From the IMG/VR virus record IMGVR_UViG_3300030329_003954, positions 1-64,000 of that record: a stretch of DNA of 64,000 nt. One strand, 5' to 3'. Below, piece by piece: positions 19,739 to 30,190 of this stretch. The DNA is from a virus. Position numbers and translations under genes: made by a program. Numbering within the stretch: position 1 is the stretch's first letter; each line of letters opens with the position of its first letter. The notes under the pieces were generated by a model. It was not told where the DNA came from, searched no databases, and saw nothing but the letters and a program-made list of their open reading frames with translations.

Positions 19739-22700
19739 ATGTTAAACCCAAGCGACGTATACGTACAAGGAGGCTCTGACAACCTTTTAGCCTGTTGGAC
19801 TGATAAGGTTACTAAGTATGACGCCAGTTCATTCTATAACTTTGAGCAGGACAATCTACCTCTTCATGATTTAGATGAGCGAACGACTCTTCTCTGGGAG
19901 AAGTTTGGCCATCCAACGTCTTCCCTAACTGGTATGTCGTTCGTGGTTTCTGCTGATGCTGTCTCATCCTGCAACCCTTTGTATTTTACCACACTTAGTG
20001 CTTGCATCAACGCTTTACCTGAAGTTATTAACTATCCGATATTAGTTGAAGTCGCTAGCTTTGGTGACCTTGGCACTCTTAATATTTCTAACAAAGCATT
20101 TGGACCTAATGGGTCCTTAGAAATTATCAATCGAAATAGTGCTTTCGCAGGAGCCATGGACCTTTCGGGTAACGTTATGTCAGCAGAGCAGTACGATACT
20201 GCATACACAGACTTCAATCTTGCCTCAGCAGTAGCTCCTACATCGGCAGCAAGCGGCGCTTCCGGCCCAGGGCTGGCTTTCGATATGCAATCTGCTCAGA
20301 TTTTCTCTACAGGTCAATACATTTCTTCTGCTGTTAACCGTTGGACAGATCTTAGATACAACTACAATGCTCCTTATGTTTTCTCCAAGAAAGTTAGAGG
20401 AACACAACTGAATAGATTAACAGGATCTCTAAGTAGCACTATAGCTCCCTGGGTTAGCAGCCTTGGAAGTTATGCTGCCGCTAATTCTTTTAAGTTTGTA
20501 CCTTTTGATAAAAATAGAGCGACAGCAGGCGGAGCAGAATCTAATATCAATGTTTATGATGCCAGCACACTTAATATCATAACTAACACTGATATCAATT
20601 GGGGTGATGGTAGAGACTTCTTCGACTCTGGATCTGATTCAACAGCAAGTAAGGATGTCGCCGCTGCCGCATTTGCATACTTTAATAACCTAGCCTCCAT
20701 TAAGGTTCACGATTGTAACGGTCCTATATTTATTAGGAATTTCAACGTTGATGGTGAGAACTCTAGAACTCGTGGTATCGAGATTAAGAACTCAACAGTA
20801 AACCTGGAGAGGTGTTCAGTTTCTAGATGCACCGAGGCTGGGCTGCACACTGACAACTCAGAGGTTAACTTACTTAGAGGTTTTGTAAGCTACCGTAACT
20901 ACGGATTTGACAATGCCACCAGAACAGGTATCCCATATCGCGGCAAGCGTGAAACTTACCAAGTCATGGGTTCGTACGGCGCTGGTATTCGAGCAGTTAA
21001 CTCTCATGTTAACTTCAAATCGACATATGTTAGAGACCTTGATAAATCGCTTCAAGCAAGTGCATCTCTTGGTTTAGGCGCATACGATGGTTACGTGGGT
21101 GGATTGCCTGCTCCTTCTCTTGAAGCTCTATACTGTTTATCAAGAAATGACATAGGTATTGATGCTGTTGACTCTAACATTACAGGCGGTCGCACTGAAC
21201 TTAATGGTAGTTCTTTAGCCTCCTACAATGATGCTACTCAAATCTTCTCAGAATTAAGCACCGAAGCAGGTATTCGCCTTAACAACAGTGTTCTAAATTA
21301 CAGTGGTAGATTACTTGTAGATGGTAATTATTTTGGATTAGACTCTGTAAACTCTAAAATGTATGTTGATTCGTTCGCAGCTAGATTCAATCAATCAACT
21401 GCATTGAATCTTGTGAACTCAGACTTTGCATACAATAAAGACTTGTATGGTGGTCTTCTCCAATCCGACACCGATCACGTTGAATCCTTCTTGCAATCTC
21501 AAGTTGCTTTTATAGATAACGGTCAAGCTATAGCGTCTGATAACTCTGTCGTCAGACCCTTGTACACAAGCTCGATGCCTTCTACTTATAAGATGGTGTA
21601 TGCCAGTGGTTGTTTTGGCATGGAAAATGATTCCACCAAGATTTTACCCACTGTTCATTTAAAGGGCGGATCTGATGCTGATTTTATCCACACTCACTTA
21701 GAGCAAGTGGTTTCTGGTGGTACAGGCGCTGCTCAATATGGACTTCTCGCTAATGTCGAAGACAACTCAACTATGACCATGCGAGGTTCTAACGATTACG
21801 CTAATATCCTTATAGGTCCTGGTGGAAGGTTTGAAAACTCTAAAGTCGCTGGCATATATGTTAACAACGGATCCACGATTAAAGTCCAAGGACCTACATC
21901 CCTGGTCAGAATGGGTGTTAACATTTTAGCTGAGGACAGTTCGAACATTGAGATGACACCTCACCAGACTAACAAAGGTGCATTACTGGTGTCATCATTC
22001 AATCTTTCGGACTCGAACAACCACACGATGGTTGAACTACACTCGACTAGAGCTTGCCTAGTAGCTAATAAAAACTCAAATATTTTCCTTGAGAATTTAG
22101 GAGATTACTCAGATAAATGGGTCAGCGGAGCTTATGGTAGTTCTATTAATATTGCTCAAGATTATGTGAGTCTCTCTGCCGCAACCTTTGCCAGTGGTGG
22201 ATTCTTACAGTTCTACCCTAATGCTAACACTGACCCTATTGCTGGTGGTCTTGTGGTTAGTGACTTTATCTTACCTACTGGAGATAGTAGATACACTTTT
22301 GTTGACGGTACTAATCCTGCTCCTCGAAAATTTGCACATGATGTGGCTAACGACATCTCAGGTATTTCTACAGGAGGTATGTGTGTTCGAGCCGTTGAAA
22401 ATAGTGTTGTTCATGCTAATAACGTTCACTTCCCCGCTACATGGCATAATACTTCCTCAATGGTTTATGACCTCGTCGGCACGGCTCCATTGCTAGGTCC
22501 TAAATGTTCTAGATTGTTTATCTGGAACATTGCTGATGACTCTCTCTTGAAAGCCTCTTACTTGTCAGTAAACGGTAAGCACCCTAGAGATGCCGGATAT
22601 CATGGCCCCTCGGGTGTATACACCAGTGGCGTTGCAGGGGGGTTTGTAGCTTCTGGAGCACCCCATGCAACACCCGATACCAGCAGTCTTTCAGTTCTTG

Positions 22701-23242
22701 ATTACTATGGGCATGGTCCCGCTAACCCATTTGGTAAGTCTGTTAGTGGCGAAAACTTTGGAGCGTTTAGACTATACTTCTCTGTAGATCCTGTAACTAA
22801 CTTTATGGTTGCGACTGAGCAGGAAGGGCTTAGTCATAATTCTCTAGCAGGCTGGGCTAGGCAAATATTCGCTCAAGGATATAACTTCTCAGGAAACCTT
22901 GTTGCTTCAGGTGACGCTGATTCTACATACTTCTCAGCGGTAGAGAATAATTTAGGTATTTTACAGCGACAAAATGTTTCTACTAGAGTAGTTGAGCCCT
23001 CAGGCTTCTACTACGCATCAGCGATGTTGACAACCCCAAATAATGTAAAAGCGGTTCTCGATGACTCTGCTCTCAATAGCTTTGCTAACGCAAAGCATAA
23101 TACGGTTGGTAAGTCTGGGTTGGGCAAAGTCGTGCAGGGCTATTATGCAGCTAGTGGATTCGGTGGAGACTCTTACAATGATTATGCTTATGGTAAGGGT
23201 ATCGCATCCATAAATAACTTTGATCTTAAGAAGGATAACTAA
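19739..23242 (+). CDS. Tail spike/fibre with a right-handed parallel beta-helix (pectin lyase-like)
   Basis: FTTLSACINALP then repeated G-I-x-x-x-N-S-x-V units; N-terminal EQDNLPLHDLDER. Confidence 0.65.
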   Translation: MLNPSDVYVQGGSDNLLACWTDKVTKYDASSFYNFEQDNLPLHDLDERTTLLWEKFGHPTSSLTGMSFVVSADAVSSCNPLYFTTLSACINALPEVINYPILVEVASFGDLGTLNISNKAFGPNGSLEIINRNSAFAGAMDLSGNVMSAEQYDTAYTDFNLASAVAPTSAASGASGPGLAFDMQSAQIFSTGQYISSAVNRWTDLRYNYNAPYVFSKKVRGTQLNRLTGSLSSTIAPWVSSLGSYAAANSFKFVPFDKNRATAGGAESNINVYDASTLNIITNTDINWGDGRDFFDSGSDSTASKDVAAAAFAYFNNLASIKVHDCNGPIFIRNFNVDGENSRTRGIEIKNSTVNLERCSVSRCTEAGLHTDNSEVNLLRGFVSYRNYGFDNATRTGIPYRGKRETYQVMGSYGAGIRAVNSHVNFKSTYVRDLDKSLQASASLGLGAYDGYVGGLPAPSLEALYCLSRNDIGIDAVDSNITGGRTELNGSSLASYNDATQIFSELSTEAGIRLNNSVLNYSGRLLVDGNYFGLDSVNSKMYVDSFAARFNQSTALNLVNSDFAYNKDLYGGLLQSDTDHVESFLQSQVAFIDNGQAIASDNSVVRPLYTSSMPSTYKMVYASGCFGMENDSTKILPTVHLKGGSDADFIHTHLEQVVSGGTGAAQYGLLANVEDNSTMTMRGSNDYANILIGPGGRFENSKVAGIYVNNGSTIKVQGPTSLVRMGVNILAEDSSNIEMTPHQTNKGALLVSSFNLSDSNNHTMVELHSTRACLVANKNSNIFLENLGDYSDKWVSGAYGSSINIAQDYVSLSAATFASGGFLQFYPNANTDPIAGGLVVSDFILPTGDSRYTFVDGTNPAPRKFAHDVANDISGISTGGMCVRAVENSVVHANNVHFPATWHNTSSMVYDLVGTAPLLGPKCSRLFIWNIADDSLLKASYLSVNGKHPRDAGYHGPSGVYTSGVAGGFVASGAPHATPDTSSLSVLDYYGHGPANPFGKSVSGENFGAFRLYFSVDPVTNFMVATEQEGLSHNSLAGWARQIFAQGYNFSGNLVASGDADSTYFSAVENNLGILQRQNVSTRVVEPSGFYYASAMLTTPNNVKAVLDDSALNSFANAKHNTVGKSGLGKVVQGYYAASGFGGDSYNDYAYGKGIASINNFDLKKDN

Positions 23243-25905
23243 TGGCTAACGAAATTAGATATTACCAAACACCTTTCACTTTTATCAGCCCTGTTAGGCA
23301 TTTCAAGGCTAACGACCCTTACTACTATGAGGTTGATAACATTCCAGTCAAACAATTAGAGGAATCTCAAAACTTCCTCAAGGACCAAGTTGACGGTATC
23401 ATTGCTCGTCAGAACAATAAGCAGGAAATAGAAATCGATAGAAGTGGCTTTTCTGAATTAAAGCCTTTTGCTACTGGCAATGATAGGAAGGTGAAAGTTA
23501 AGCCCGGTAAATTCTCAGCTAGAATTAACAATGCTTTTGCCCTGACTCCACTCCAGGTAATTCAACAAATTGGAGGCTTTAGTAACACGAGAAACGCTGA
23601 TGGCACAATTTCAGATTTGAATACTTACCAAGTTCAAACAAACATAGGCACCGCCGCCGCCGCTGTTCTTGAAGAATTCCAAAAGGGTCTTCTAGGTAAT
23701 GCTTTGAATATGAACGGTCTCGCAGAGAGAGCTTTTGTTTTTCCCTTCTTTACTGAATCAGGCTTTCATTTAGCTCAGGGGATAGCTGTGTCTGGCACCG
23801 ACTCTCCTGGATATTCTCAATTTGATGGTGACTTTGATGCTGATGAAAGACCACTATATCCTAACTTTATTGGTGCTATCTTAAAGCACAGCACTCCTGA
23901 GACCACTAGAAATTTAACTCTCATAAAAAACGTTTTTGACGGAGATGAGAACACCGATCCTCAGGGAACTGAGCAAGGCCGTTTGGAGTCCGAGTTTATA
24001 AAGAGATGGAGAGGCGCGATTAGGACATCGATTGTGGATGTTCCTGAACAGCTTGAAATTACTGTTCCCGACTTTGATGAAAACGATTTCTTTTTCTTGG
24101 ATTCAGCAGGCACTAAACAAACTCTTGCTGCTAATCAAAGAATAGATCTTCTCTTTATTTACTCGAAGGGAGTTGATGAGGAATCAACCACAATTCCTAA
24201 GTTTGATAGTAATGGTAATCCCACAAACTTAACTACGGCAACCTTAGGTATTTTAAAAGGGGCTGGTATTGGTGTCTCTAGGCAAACATCCGTCAATTCT
24301 AATAATACCGATGATCGAGTAAACCTCCAAACCCTTGATGGTGTCCCAATTATGTTGGCTCATCCTGGCGATGAAAATGGAACTAATAATGGCTTTGCAA
24401 CTTCGGCGGGTATAATTAGAGGTTCGTTCCCGTCTCCTGATGATTTGATGAACTTAGCCCCCGCGCTATCTGAACAGTTGGAGACTGCTGCGTTTCAATT
24501 GATTGGACAGTCTATTCTTCCAATCGCTTACATTAGAGTTCAAGCTGATTCTGGACCTATTGCTGATCTAATTACCGAAGAGGATATTATTGATATTCGT
24601 CCATTCTTTAGGACGACTGAATTAGCCTATAACGAGCGTGCGGGCATCGCCGCTGCAATGCCTCAAGCTTCAATAGCTAATCCCGTTGTCACCGAAGCGG
24701 GTTTAGAGCGAGTTAGGAAAGAAGTTTATACGGATTTAGACGATAGACTGGGAGCTATTGAGGGATCTATTGTTACCGTCTCAACTAATGTAGGGAACAT
24801 TCAAGGTCCTGGAAATTCTGGTGCTAGAACAATCGCGGCTGGTAATGTTTTAGGTGGTTATTGGGGTCCTGAGGGCGCTCTTATTAAACAAGCTAAACGA
24901 GATGCGGCAGGCGGATTAAGAGAAGCTCAGATGAACCAACTAGTAGATTTAGTGGAATCCGAGTTTGGTTATCCTGAAGGATCTATTCCTTTCCGCCCAA
25001 ATTGGGATAAGGCGAAATGGTATTCTAACGGTCAATTCACTGGAGATCAGATATGCGATCACATTAATGTTGGCAATGCAACGATCACTGAGTTCGCTGG
25101 ACCTGATAACGATGTTAAGTATTTACCTCCCTGGCAAAGCGCCACGGGTAATCAACAATCCACAGTTGATGCACTCAGAACTCAATTTGGATTTGATCCA
25201 TACGCCATCTACTCATGGGGGATCGGACGCCCTGGACTACTTCCAGAACCGACCTTCAGCCCTGGTGGTCGCCGGGGTATACAAAGAGGTCTTGTAGGTA
25301 TACCTTTTGGCCAGATAAAAAACATAAACGCTAGAAATATTCAAGTTAATTTTGTCACTAAAAGAATAAAATTAAATTTAGATGCCACTCCTTGGGTAAA
25401 AGATTATCACGTAAAAGTAAATCTTCTACATTGTAATCCCCTTGGACAAGGCGAAAAAACAGATTTAAGGCAAACTTCCAATGTTTGGGTTCAAAAATTT
25501 AAAGATCACTTTGTAATTTGTGTGGCTTGGGCTGGTGGCGATTTACCTCTCACTAACGCGGAAGATCACTGTCCTTGGAAAAACAGAAATCTTCCCAGGA
25601 AGTTCGCAGGATTTGTCATGCCACAAATGCCAATTATAAGCAATGGCACGTTCAGTCAGGGTGGGTCCTCTAAAATTAAACAATCCTTGAATCTTAGTCA
25701 AAGTGAAGCAGATCGATATTTCAATGTAAGATTGGGTGAGAATAGCCATACCTCTGAGCCCAACTTCTTTAACACACTTGTACCAGTTCTTTACCCATCT
25801 GTGCAATGGGAGGTAATCGGAGTGGCTGATGATTACCTTACAAACTCCCTAGGCCCGGGAAGAACTAAAATGAGAGAAAAAGACCCAACTGTTATTTGCA
25901 GCTAA
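23242..25905 (+). CDS. Putative tail fibre / virion structural protein
   Basis: N-terminal YEVDNIPVKQLEES resembles the preceding gene; LPIAYIRV...IIDIRPFF; short coiled coil. Confidence 0.5.
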   Translation: MANEIRYYQTPFTFISPVRHFKANDPYYYEVDNIPVKQLEESQNFLKDQVDGIIARQNNKQEIEIDRSGFSELKPFATGNDRKVKVKPGKFSARINNAFALTPLQVIQQIGGFSNTRNADGTISDLNTYQVQTNIGTAAAAVLEEFQKGLLGNALNMNGLAERAFVFPFFTESGFHLAQGIAVSGTDSPGYSQFDGDFDADERPLYPNFIGAILKHSTPETTRNLTLIKNVFDGDENTDPQGTEQGRLESEFIKRWRGAIRTSIVDVPEQLEITVPDFDENDFFFLDSAGTKQTLAANQRIDLLFIYSKGVDEESTTIPKFDSNGNPTNLTTATLGILKGAGIGVSRQTSVNSNNTDDRVNLQTLDGVPIMLAHPGDENGTNNGFATSAGIIRGSFPSPDDLMNLAPALSEQLETAAFQLIGQSILPIAYIRVQADSGPIADLITEEDIIDIRPFFRTTELAYNERAGIAAAMPQASIANPVVTEAGLERVRKEVYTDLDDRLGAIEGSIVTVSTNVGNIQGPGNSGARTIAAGNVLGGYWGPEGALIKQAKRDAAGGLREAQMNQLVDLVESEFGYPEGSIPFRPNWDKAKWYSNGQFTGDQICDHINVGNATITEFAGPDNDVKYLPPWQSATGNQQSTVDALRTQFGFDPYAIYSWGIGRPGLLPEPTFSPGGRRGIQRGLVGIPFGQIKNINARNIQVNFVTKRIKLNLDATPWVKDYHVKVNLLHCNPLGQGEKTDLRQTSNVWVQKFKDHFVICVAWAGGDLPLTNAEDHCPWKNRNLPRKFAGFVMPQMPIISNGTFSQGGSSKIKQSLNLSQSEADRYFNVRLGENSHTSEPNFFNTLVPVLYPSVQWEVIGVADDYLTNSLGPGRTKMREKDPTVICS

Positions 25906-25913
25906 TTTAAATC

Positions 25914-28900
25914 ATGACTGACCCCGAGAATCCTTTAATCTTCCCTTGTGGTAGAGGGGTCAGACCCGGTACTCAAGGCCCTGGATTTGGCGGTCAAGAG
26001 CCAACTACAACACCTCCGGTGTTAGTGCCTAAACCTCCAATAGAGCCTATACCACCTTACATCCCTCCTGACATACCGCCTCAAGAACCGGCAGTAAAGT
26101 GTGTTAAGATTAGTCCTGGACAAGGCGCTCCAAGCCCTGATCCGGGATTTACGTTTACCAATCCCCCCTACAGGCAATGTATGCCTTGTGATGGTTTGCC
26201 GAATACCATAACGGACCCTAGAACGGGTCTTCGTATTGGCGATCCAAATAATCCATCGCCGGGAGATGCAGGATGTATATATGTAAGTCTGAATGACTGT
26301 AGGCCAAATTGTTTAAATCCTCAAGAGAGAGTTCGTGAGCCGGGGGACGTTGTCCCACCAGGCGGTGGCGGCGGCGGCGGGCAAACGGGCCGCCCCGGTG
26401 ATGTCGTACCTCCATCTCGCGGCCCTCTTAAGCCAATAACTTCCAATCCTGGGGGCACACGATTCCCCGGTCTTCCTCCTTTCCCCCCTGCTCCTCCACC
26501 ACCGCAAGGCCCTACGACTGGTGGTATTATATATTACAGATGCGAGGTTGTGGCTCTGGGTGTTTGTCCTGGGGAAGAAGGATTACCTCTGAATGAGGCT
26601 ACTATCACATCGGTGTTTACCGAGTGTCGAACGTGTAGTCCAAATATTGTAAATGCTAATGGGTCAGTTGAGCCTGATCCTACTTGCAATTTTTCTAGTT
26701 TAGCCTTGTGTGAAGCTAACTGTATCTCACCCACGTTTACAAACCTCCCATGCCCACCGGAAGTGTCCACTCAGGAGCCAGACCCAACTTTAGGGACCAC
26801 TACAACGTCTGAGCCTGGAGGTTCAACGACTGATCCTGCAAGAGGCCAAGGTGTTTCAATCTCTCAACCAACTCCTCCAGCTTTAGGGACCACTACAACG
26901 TCTGAACCCACAACACCTCTTGGAGATCCTATTGTTATTGTGCCATTTTCCACAGCAAATGAGCCTAGTGTGATTGCTCCTGGGCTACCACAGACTGTCC
27001 AACCTCAATCGCCATCAGTAAGTACAAACACTACCAATCAAGCTAATCAAATAATCAGTAACCAGCAAGCTGTCAACGGCAACCTCATAACTGTAAATGA
27101 GATGGTTGAAGAAGAAAACTACGTAGACATTGAAAAAGGTATATCGGAACCCTTTCTATTTGATCCTAATTTAAATTTCTTTAAAACTGAGCCAACCCAG
27201 GAAACCATTATTGTATCCAACAACCTAAATTTAAATGTATTCAAATCTGAAGTGACCGAAGAGGTTGCTAATTTACTTCAATCCAAAAATTCTACTGGTC
27301 CTTGGGATGAGATAACTCTTCAAAATTTATCGGACGATAAGTTGCTAATCAGCTTGAACCCTCTTCTATCAAATACTTTTCAATATTTAAGGTACCCTGG
27401 TGGTCAACCAATCGGTGTTTCTACGTTATTGAATGTCGTAAGAAAACATTTACTTGAGGGCACCATTGATGAATTCGATCCTAATTACTACTTACAAGCT
27501 GCTGAGGGGCAACTAAATCAAAAGTTTGATGTGTTGGAAAGACCGAAGGACAAAGAGCTAGCCGACCGTCTAGCCATTAAATTTCTAACTAACGCTGCTA
27601 ACACCTACGAGAATAGTAAAAATTCCTCGTGGAGAAACTTTCAAATCAATAGAGTTAGACCCCTTAATGAAGACGTTAAATTACAGGTGGCTGTTACAAC
27701 TTTAGACGGCACAGTAAAAGATTTAAATATACCTAATGATGGTTTTGAAGTTAGCACACTTAGTGCGGTGGGTCAGGTAACTATCCCAGCTTTGGGTGCT
27801 CCAAACAAACTAAACATTGGAGATGGTGGCGGTTATTACATTGATGCTTTAAAGTCTGGTAATGAGGCAGACGCTGTGTACACAGGTAATATTATACCTG
27901 ATTCATATTATGCCCCTCCGTCAGTTAGATTGAAAGTTCTAGAGATGCTGGATATAGATCCAGCCATCACTATTACGGCATCATCAATTCCAAATCAACA
28001 TGAATTTATCGCGGGAGATCTCGGTGCCTCTGCCACAAAGCCTCTGTATTTCATTCTTGACCTAAGTTCTGTTAATGGAAATTATGCTAGCAATTCGTTG
28101 GTTGAGAATTATAGCGGAACTTACACACTGCTCACCGCTTCCGCAGACATTCAAAGACACGTAAACAATAACGCTTTGAATACCCCTATGCTTTCTATTG
28201 ATTACAGAGATCCAATATACAGATACATTCTTGATACTTCTGGATTTACGGCATCACTCAACGACTTCAACCTTAATGGATTTAAAGACAAAGGGTTCTC
28301 TTCGATAGGATCGCGTTTTGTTAAAAATATACCTTTTGGATTTGTAGTAACTCCAGTTGCTGGTGGTAAATATAATCCATTTAACGGAAATTCAAATCTG
28401 AAAACTCACGGTGAGACTCATGTAAGATCTCTCTCTGTACTACCTGCAACAGATGCTTTCATTGACGGAGGTAATCCGCCCATGTTCAGATCTTATAGTT
28501 TAAATGTTGTAAGCGGAGTAAATAGTGTCGGTAATGGTGAAGAGGAGAGTGATCAAAATATTGGGTATCAATATTTGGAAGAAGATTTCACACAAACCTT
28601 CTATTCCGCCAGTTCCGACGAATATGGCACTAGCTCCACGCCTGTATCCGCTCAAGGCACGGCTTACATGCTTAGAGAGGTTATTGATTATTTGTCGTCA
28701 ACCTATAGCACCACAACGCTAACTTGGTATGACGTTTTCAGTAGGATGCCCATTAATAAGATGGGTCAAGTTTTCTACGACAGTGATAAAGATTTAATAC
28801 TTAAAATTGCAAATGGCCTAAGGGGCGGCATCAAAATAGAAAATATCGAGGCGGGATTTAATACCTCGTCTAGGATTATTGCGGAAGACTCTAAAACTAT

Positions 28901-28946
28901 CGTATCCTCGGAGGATAGGAAGAACGTTAGTAAGATTAGAGTATAA
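25914..28946 (+). CDS. Virion-associated protein with a Pro/Thr-rich stalk and two Cys-rich modules
   Basis: 1010 aa; CIYVSLNDCRPNC and CNFSSLALCEANC; poly-Pro/Gly/Thr linkers; last gene of the tail operon. Confidence 0.5.
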   Translation: MTDPENPLIFPCGRGVRPGTQGPGFGGQEPTTTPPVLVPKPPIEPIPPYIPPDIPPQEPAVKCVKISPGQGAPSPDPGFTFTNPPYRQCMPCDGLPNTITDPRTGLRIGDPNNPSPGDAGCIYVSLNDCRPNCLNPQERVREPGDVVPPGGGGGGGQTGRPGDVVPPSRGPLKPITSNPGGTRFPGLPPFPPAPPPPQGPTTGGIIYYRCEVVALGVCPGEEGLPLNEATITSVFTECRTCSPNIVNANGSVEPDPTCNFSSLALCEANCISPTFTNLPCPPEVSTQEPDPTLGTTTTSEPGGSTTDPARGQGVSISQPTPPALGTTTTSEPTTPLGDPIVIVPFSTANEPSVIAPGLPQTVQPQSPSVSTNTTNQANQIISNQQAVNGNLITVNEMVEEENYVDIEKGISEPFLFDPNLNFFKTEPTQETIIVSNNLNLNVFKSEVTEEVANLLQSKNSTGPWDEITLQNLSDDKLLISLNPLLSNTFQYLRYPGGQPIGVSTLLNVVRKHLLEGTIDEFDPNYYLQAAEGQLNQKFDVLERPKDKELADRLAIKFLTNAANTYENSKNSSWRNFQINRVRPLNEDVKLQVAVTTLDGTVKDLNIPNDGFEVSTLSAVGQVTIPALGAPNKLNIGDGGGYYIDALKSGNEADAVYTGNIIPDSYYAPPSVRLKVLEMLDIDPAITITASSIPNQHEFIAGDLGASATKPLYFILDLSSVNGNYASNSLVENYSGTYTLLTASADIQRHVNNNALNTPMLSIDYRDPIYRYILDTSGFTASLNDFNLNGFKDKGFSSIGSRFVKNIPFGFVVTPVAGGKYNPFNGNSNLKTHGETHVRSLSVLPATDAFIDGGNPPMFRSYSLNVVSGVNSVGNGEEESDQNIGYQYLEEDFTQTFYSASSDEYGTSSTPVSAQGTAYMLREVIDYLSSTYSTTTLTWYDVFSRMPINKMGQVFYDSDKDLILKIANGLRGGIKIENIEAGFNTSSRIIAEDSKTIVSSEDRKNVSKIRV
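26788..26905 (+). repeat. 25-bp exact direct repeat CTTTAGGGACCACTACAACGTCTGA at 26788-26812 and 26881-26905
   Basis: Read directly from the sequence; encodes LGTTTTSE twice. Confidence 0.9.
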
Positions 28947-28975
28947 TTTTATAAAATTTATTCAGAGAAATTGAG

Positions 28976-28981
28976 TACATA
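28976..28981 (+). promoter_or_regulatory. Putative late promoter variant TACATA upstream of the head cluster
   Basis: AT-rich intergenic region, followed by AGGAG SD and ATG 29000. Confidence 0.45.
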
Positions 28982-28999
28982 GTAATACAGGAGTATATT

Positions 29000-29365
29000 A
29001 TGCGTTACATTAATGTTGAAGATGACTACGTCGGTAAGATTCTTGCCGCCAACCAACTCGTTGAATCGAAAGAGGTGAACGAGGCTCAAGAAGTTGAGAC
29101 CGTTGAAGAGGCTTGTGAAGAAGGCCATGTTTGCCCGCTGTGTGAGTCGGAGTTAGATGCCCCGATCTCGGAAGAGGCGATGCAAGAGTGTGTGGACTTC
29201 ATCCTTGGCACCATCAACGAAGCCCTTGAGCAAGATGGTGAGTTCCTTGAGGAAGACGAGGACCTCGATGAAGCCGAAGATAACGACGACGAGGACGAGG
29301 ACGACGACAAGAAGAAGAACGGCAAGAAGAAGGACGACGACGAAGATGACGACGACGAAGAGTGA
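29000..29365 (+). CDS. Small, very acidic protein with CPLC motif (putative prohead core/assembly protein)
   Basis: Strong SD; Asp/Glu-rich tail; HVCPLCES. Confidence 0.6.
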   Translation: MRYINVEDDYVGKILAANQLVESKEVNEAQEVETVEEACEEGHVCPLCESELDAPISEEAMQECVDFILGTINEALEQDGEFLEEDEDLDEAEDNDDEDEDDDKKKNGKKKDDDEDDDDEE

Positions 29366-29374
29366 GGTTAAAAG

Positions 29375-29824
29375 ATGAGTGCTAGCACTAAAGATCTTTT
29401 AGCCCTCTCCGAAGGCATCCTAGCTCAAACTCCTCCCGTGAAGGAGGCGTCTGTCCCCACTGTGGAAAGTCCAGTCATGGCGAGTCCTATGGTGGGGAGA
29501 CCTGTCGAGGATGGTGGTATAGAGTCTGTCGTTGTACCCAACTCTTATGTTGATCAGATTGTTGGTTTCAGTAACGCTTTAAACGAAAGCTCTGACCCCG
29601 AAAAGAAACAAGAAATGATGCCTGTGTTTGAGCCTATCTCAGAGGCAGGCATACTGAAAGAGAGGCTTGAAACTTTAGTAGAGCATCTTAAGCAATTGTT
29701 GAAAGAAGCGAGAGATGTCATGGAAGAGATGACAACCACTGGCATGATTGGCGTTAACCTAGTTGCTAATAAGAAAAAGAAATATGGATCTCGTAAACGT
29801 AATAAAAGAAACAAGAGCAAGTAA
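29375..29824 (+). CDS. Putative prohead core/internal protein
   Basis: GAGG SD; acidic body, EEMTTTGMIG motif, basic tail; upstream of the protease. Confidence 0.5.
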   Translation: MSASTKDLLALSEGILAQTPPVKEASVPTVESPVMASPMVGRPVEDGGIESVVVPNSYVDQIVGFSNALNESSDPEKKQEMMPVFEPISEAGILKERLETLVEHLKQLLKEARDVMEEMTTTGMIGVNLVANKKKKYGSRKRNKRNKSK

Positions 29825-30182
29825 AGCTCGGGGGTCTGCTGAAGGTAGATCTAAAATGAAAAAGGGTGGGGCTAAAACCAAAGCCTCTAAATCCCGTGTT
29901 AAAGTTTACGACTCTATTACAACTGCTTTAAAGAAAGGCTTTGTTGGTCAAATCTTCTCTACAAAAAATTCAAACCGTCTTTATGTCATTACTAAGCGTA
30001 AGTGGGGTAAAGATGATGAGCAGGAAGTTGGAGGTCGTGTTGCCAAAGGATTCTCTCCCGGCACCATACCCTCCAAGTTTTCAGATGTGAAGAAATATGC
30101 CGTCAGAACTCTGGTCAGGCATGGTAAGCAAAAATCCAGTAAGTTCAAGAGCAAGAAATACTGGTCTCGCAAGCAGAAATAG
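29784..30182 (+). CDS. Small Lys/Arg-rich putative internal head protein
   Basis: Starts MDLVNVIKE (possible I-x-E cleavage) and is then highly basic. Confidence 0.5.
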   Translation: MDLVNVIKETRASKARGSAEGRSKMKKGGAKTKASKSRVKVYDSITTALKKGFVGQIFSTKNSNRLYVITKRKWGKDDEQEVGGRVAKGFSPGTIPSKFSDVKKYAVRTLVRHGKQKSSKFKSKKYWSRKQK

Positions 30183-30190
30183 GATTTATT

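Noticed and set aside
26788-26905. CRISPR-like repeat-spacer or DGR template/variable repeat
   Set aside because: Only two copies, in frame within a CDS, identical with no adenine-specific differences; no cas or RT gene in the window
29240-29365. GAC/GAA/AAG trinucleotide-like repeats
   Set aside because: They simply encode an Asp/Glu/Lys low-complexity tail; not a DNA repeat element
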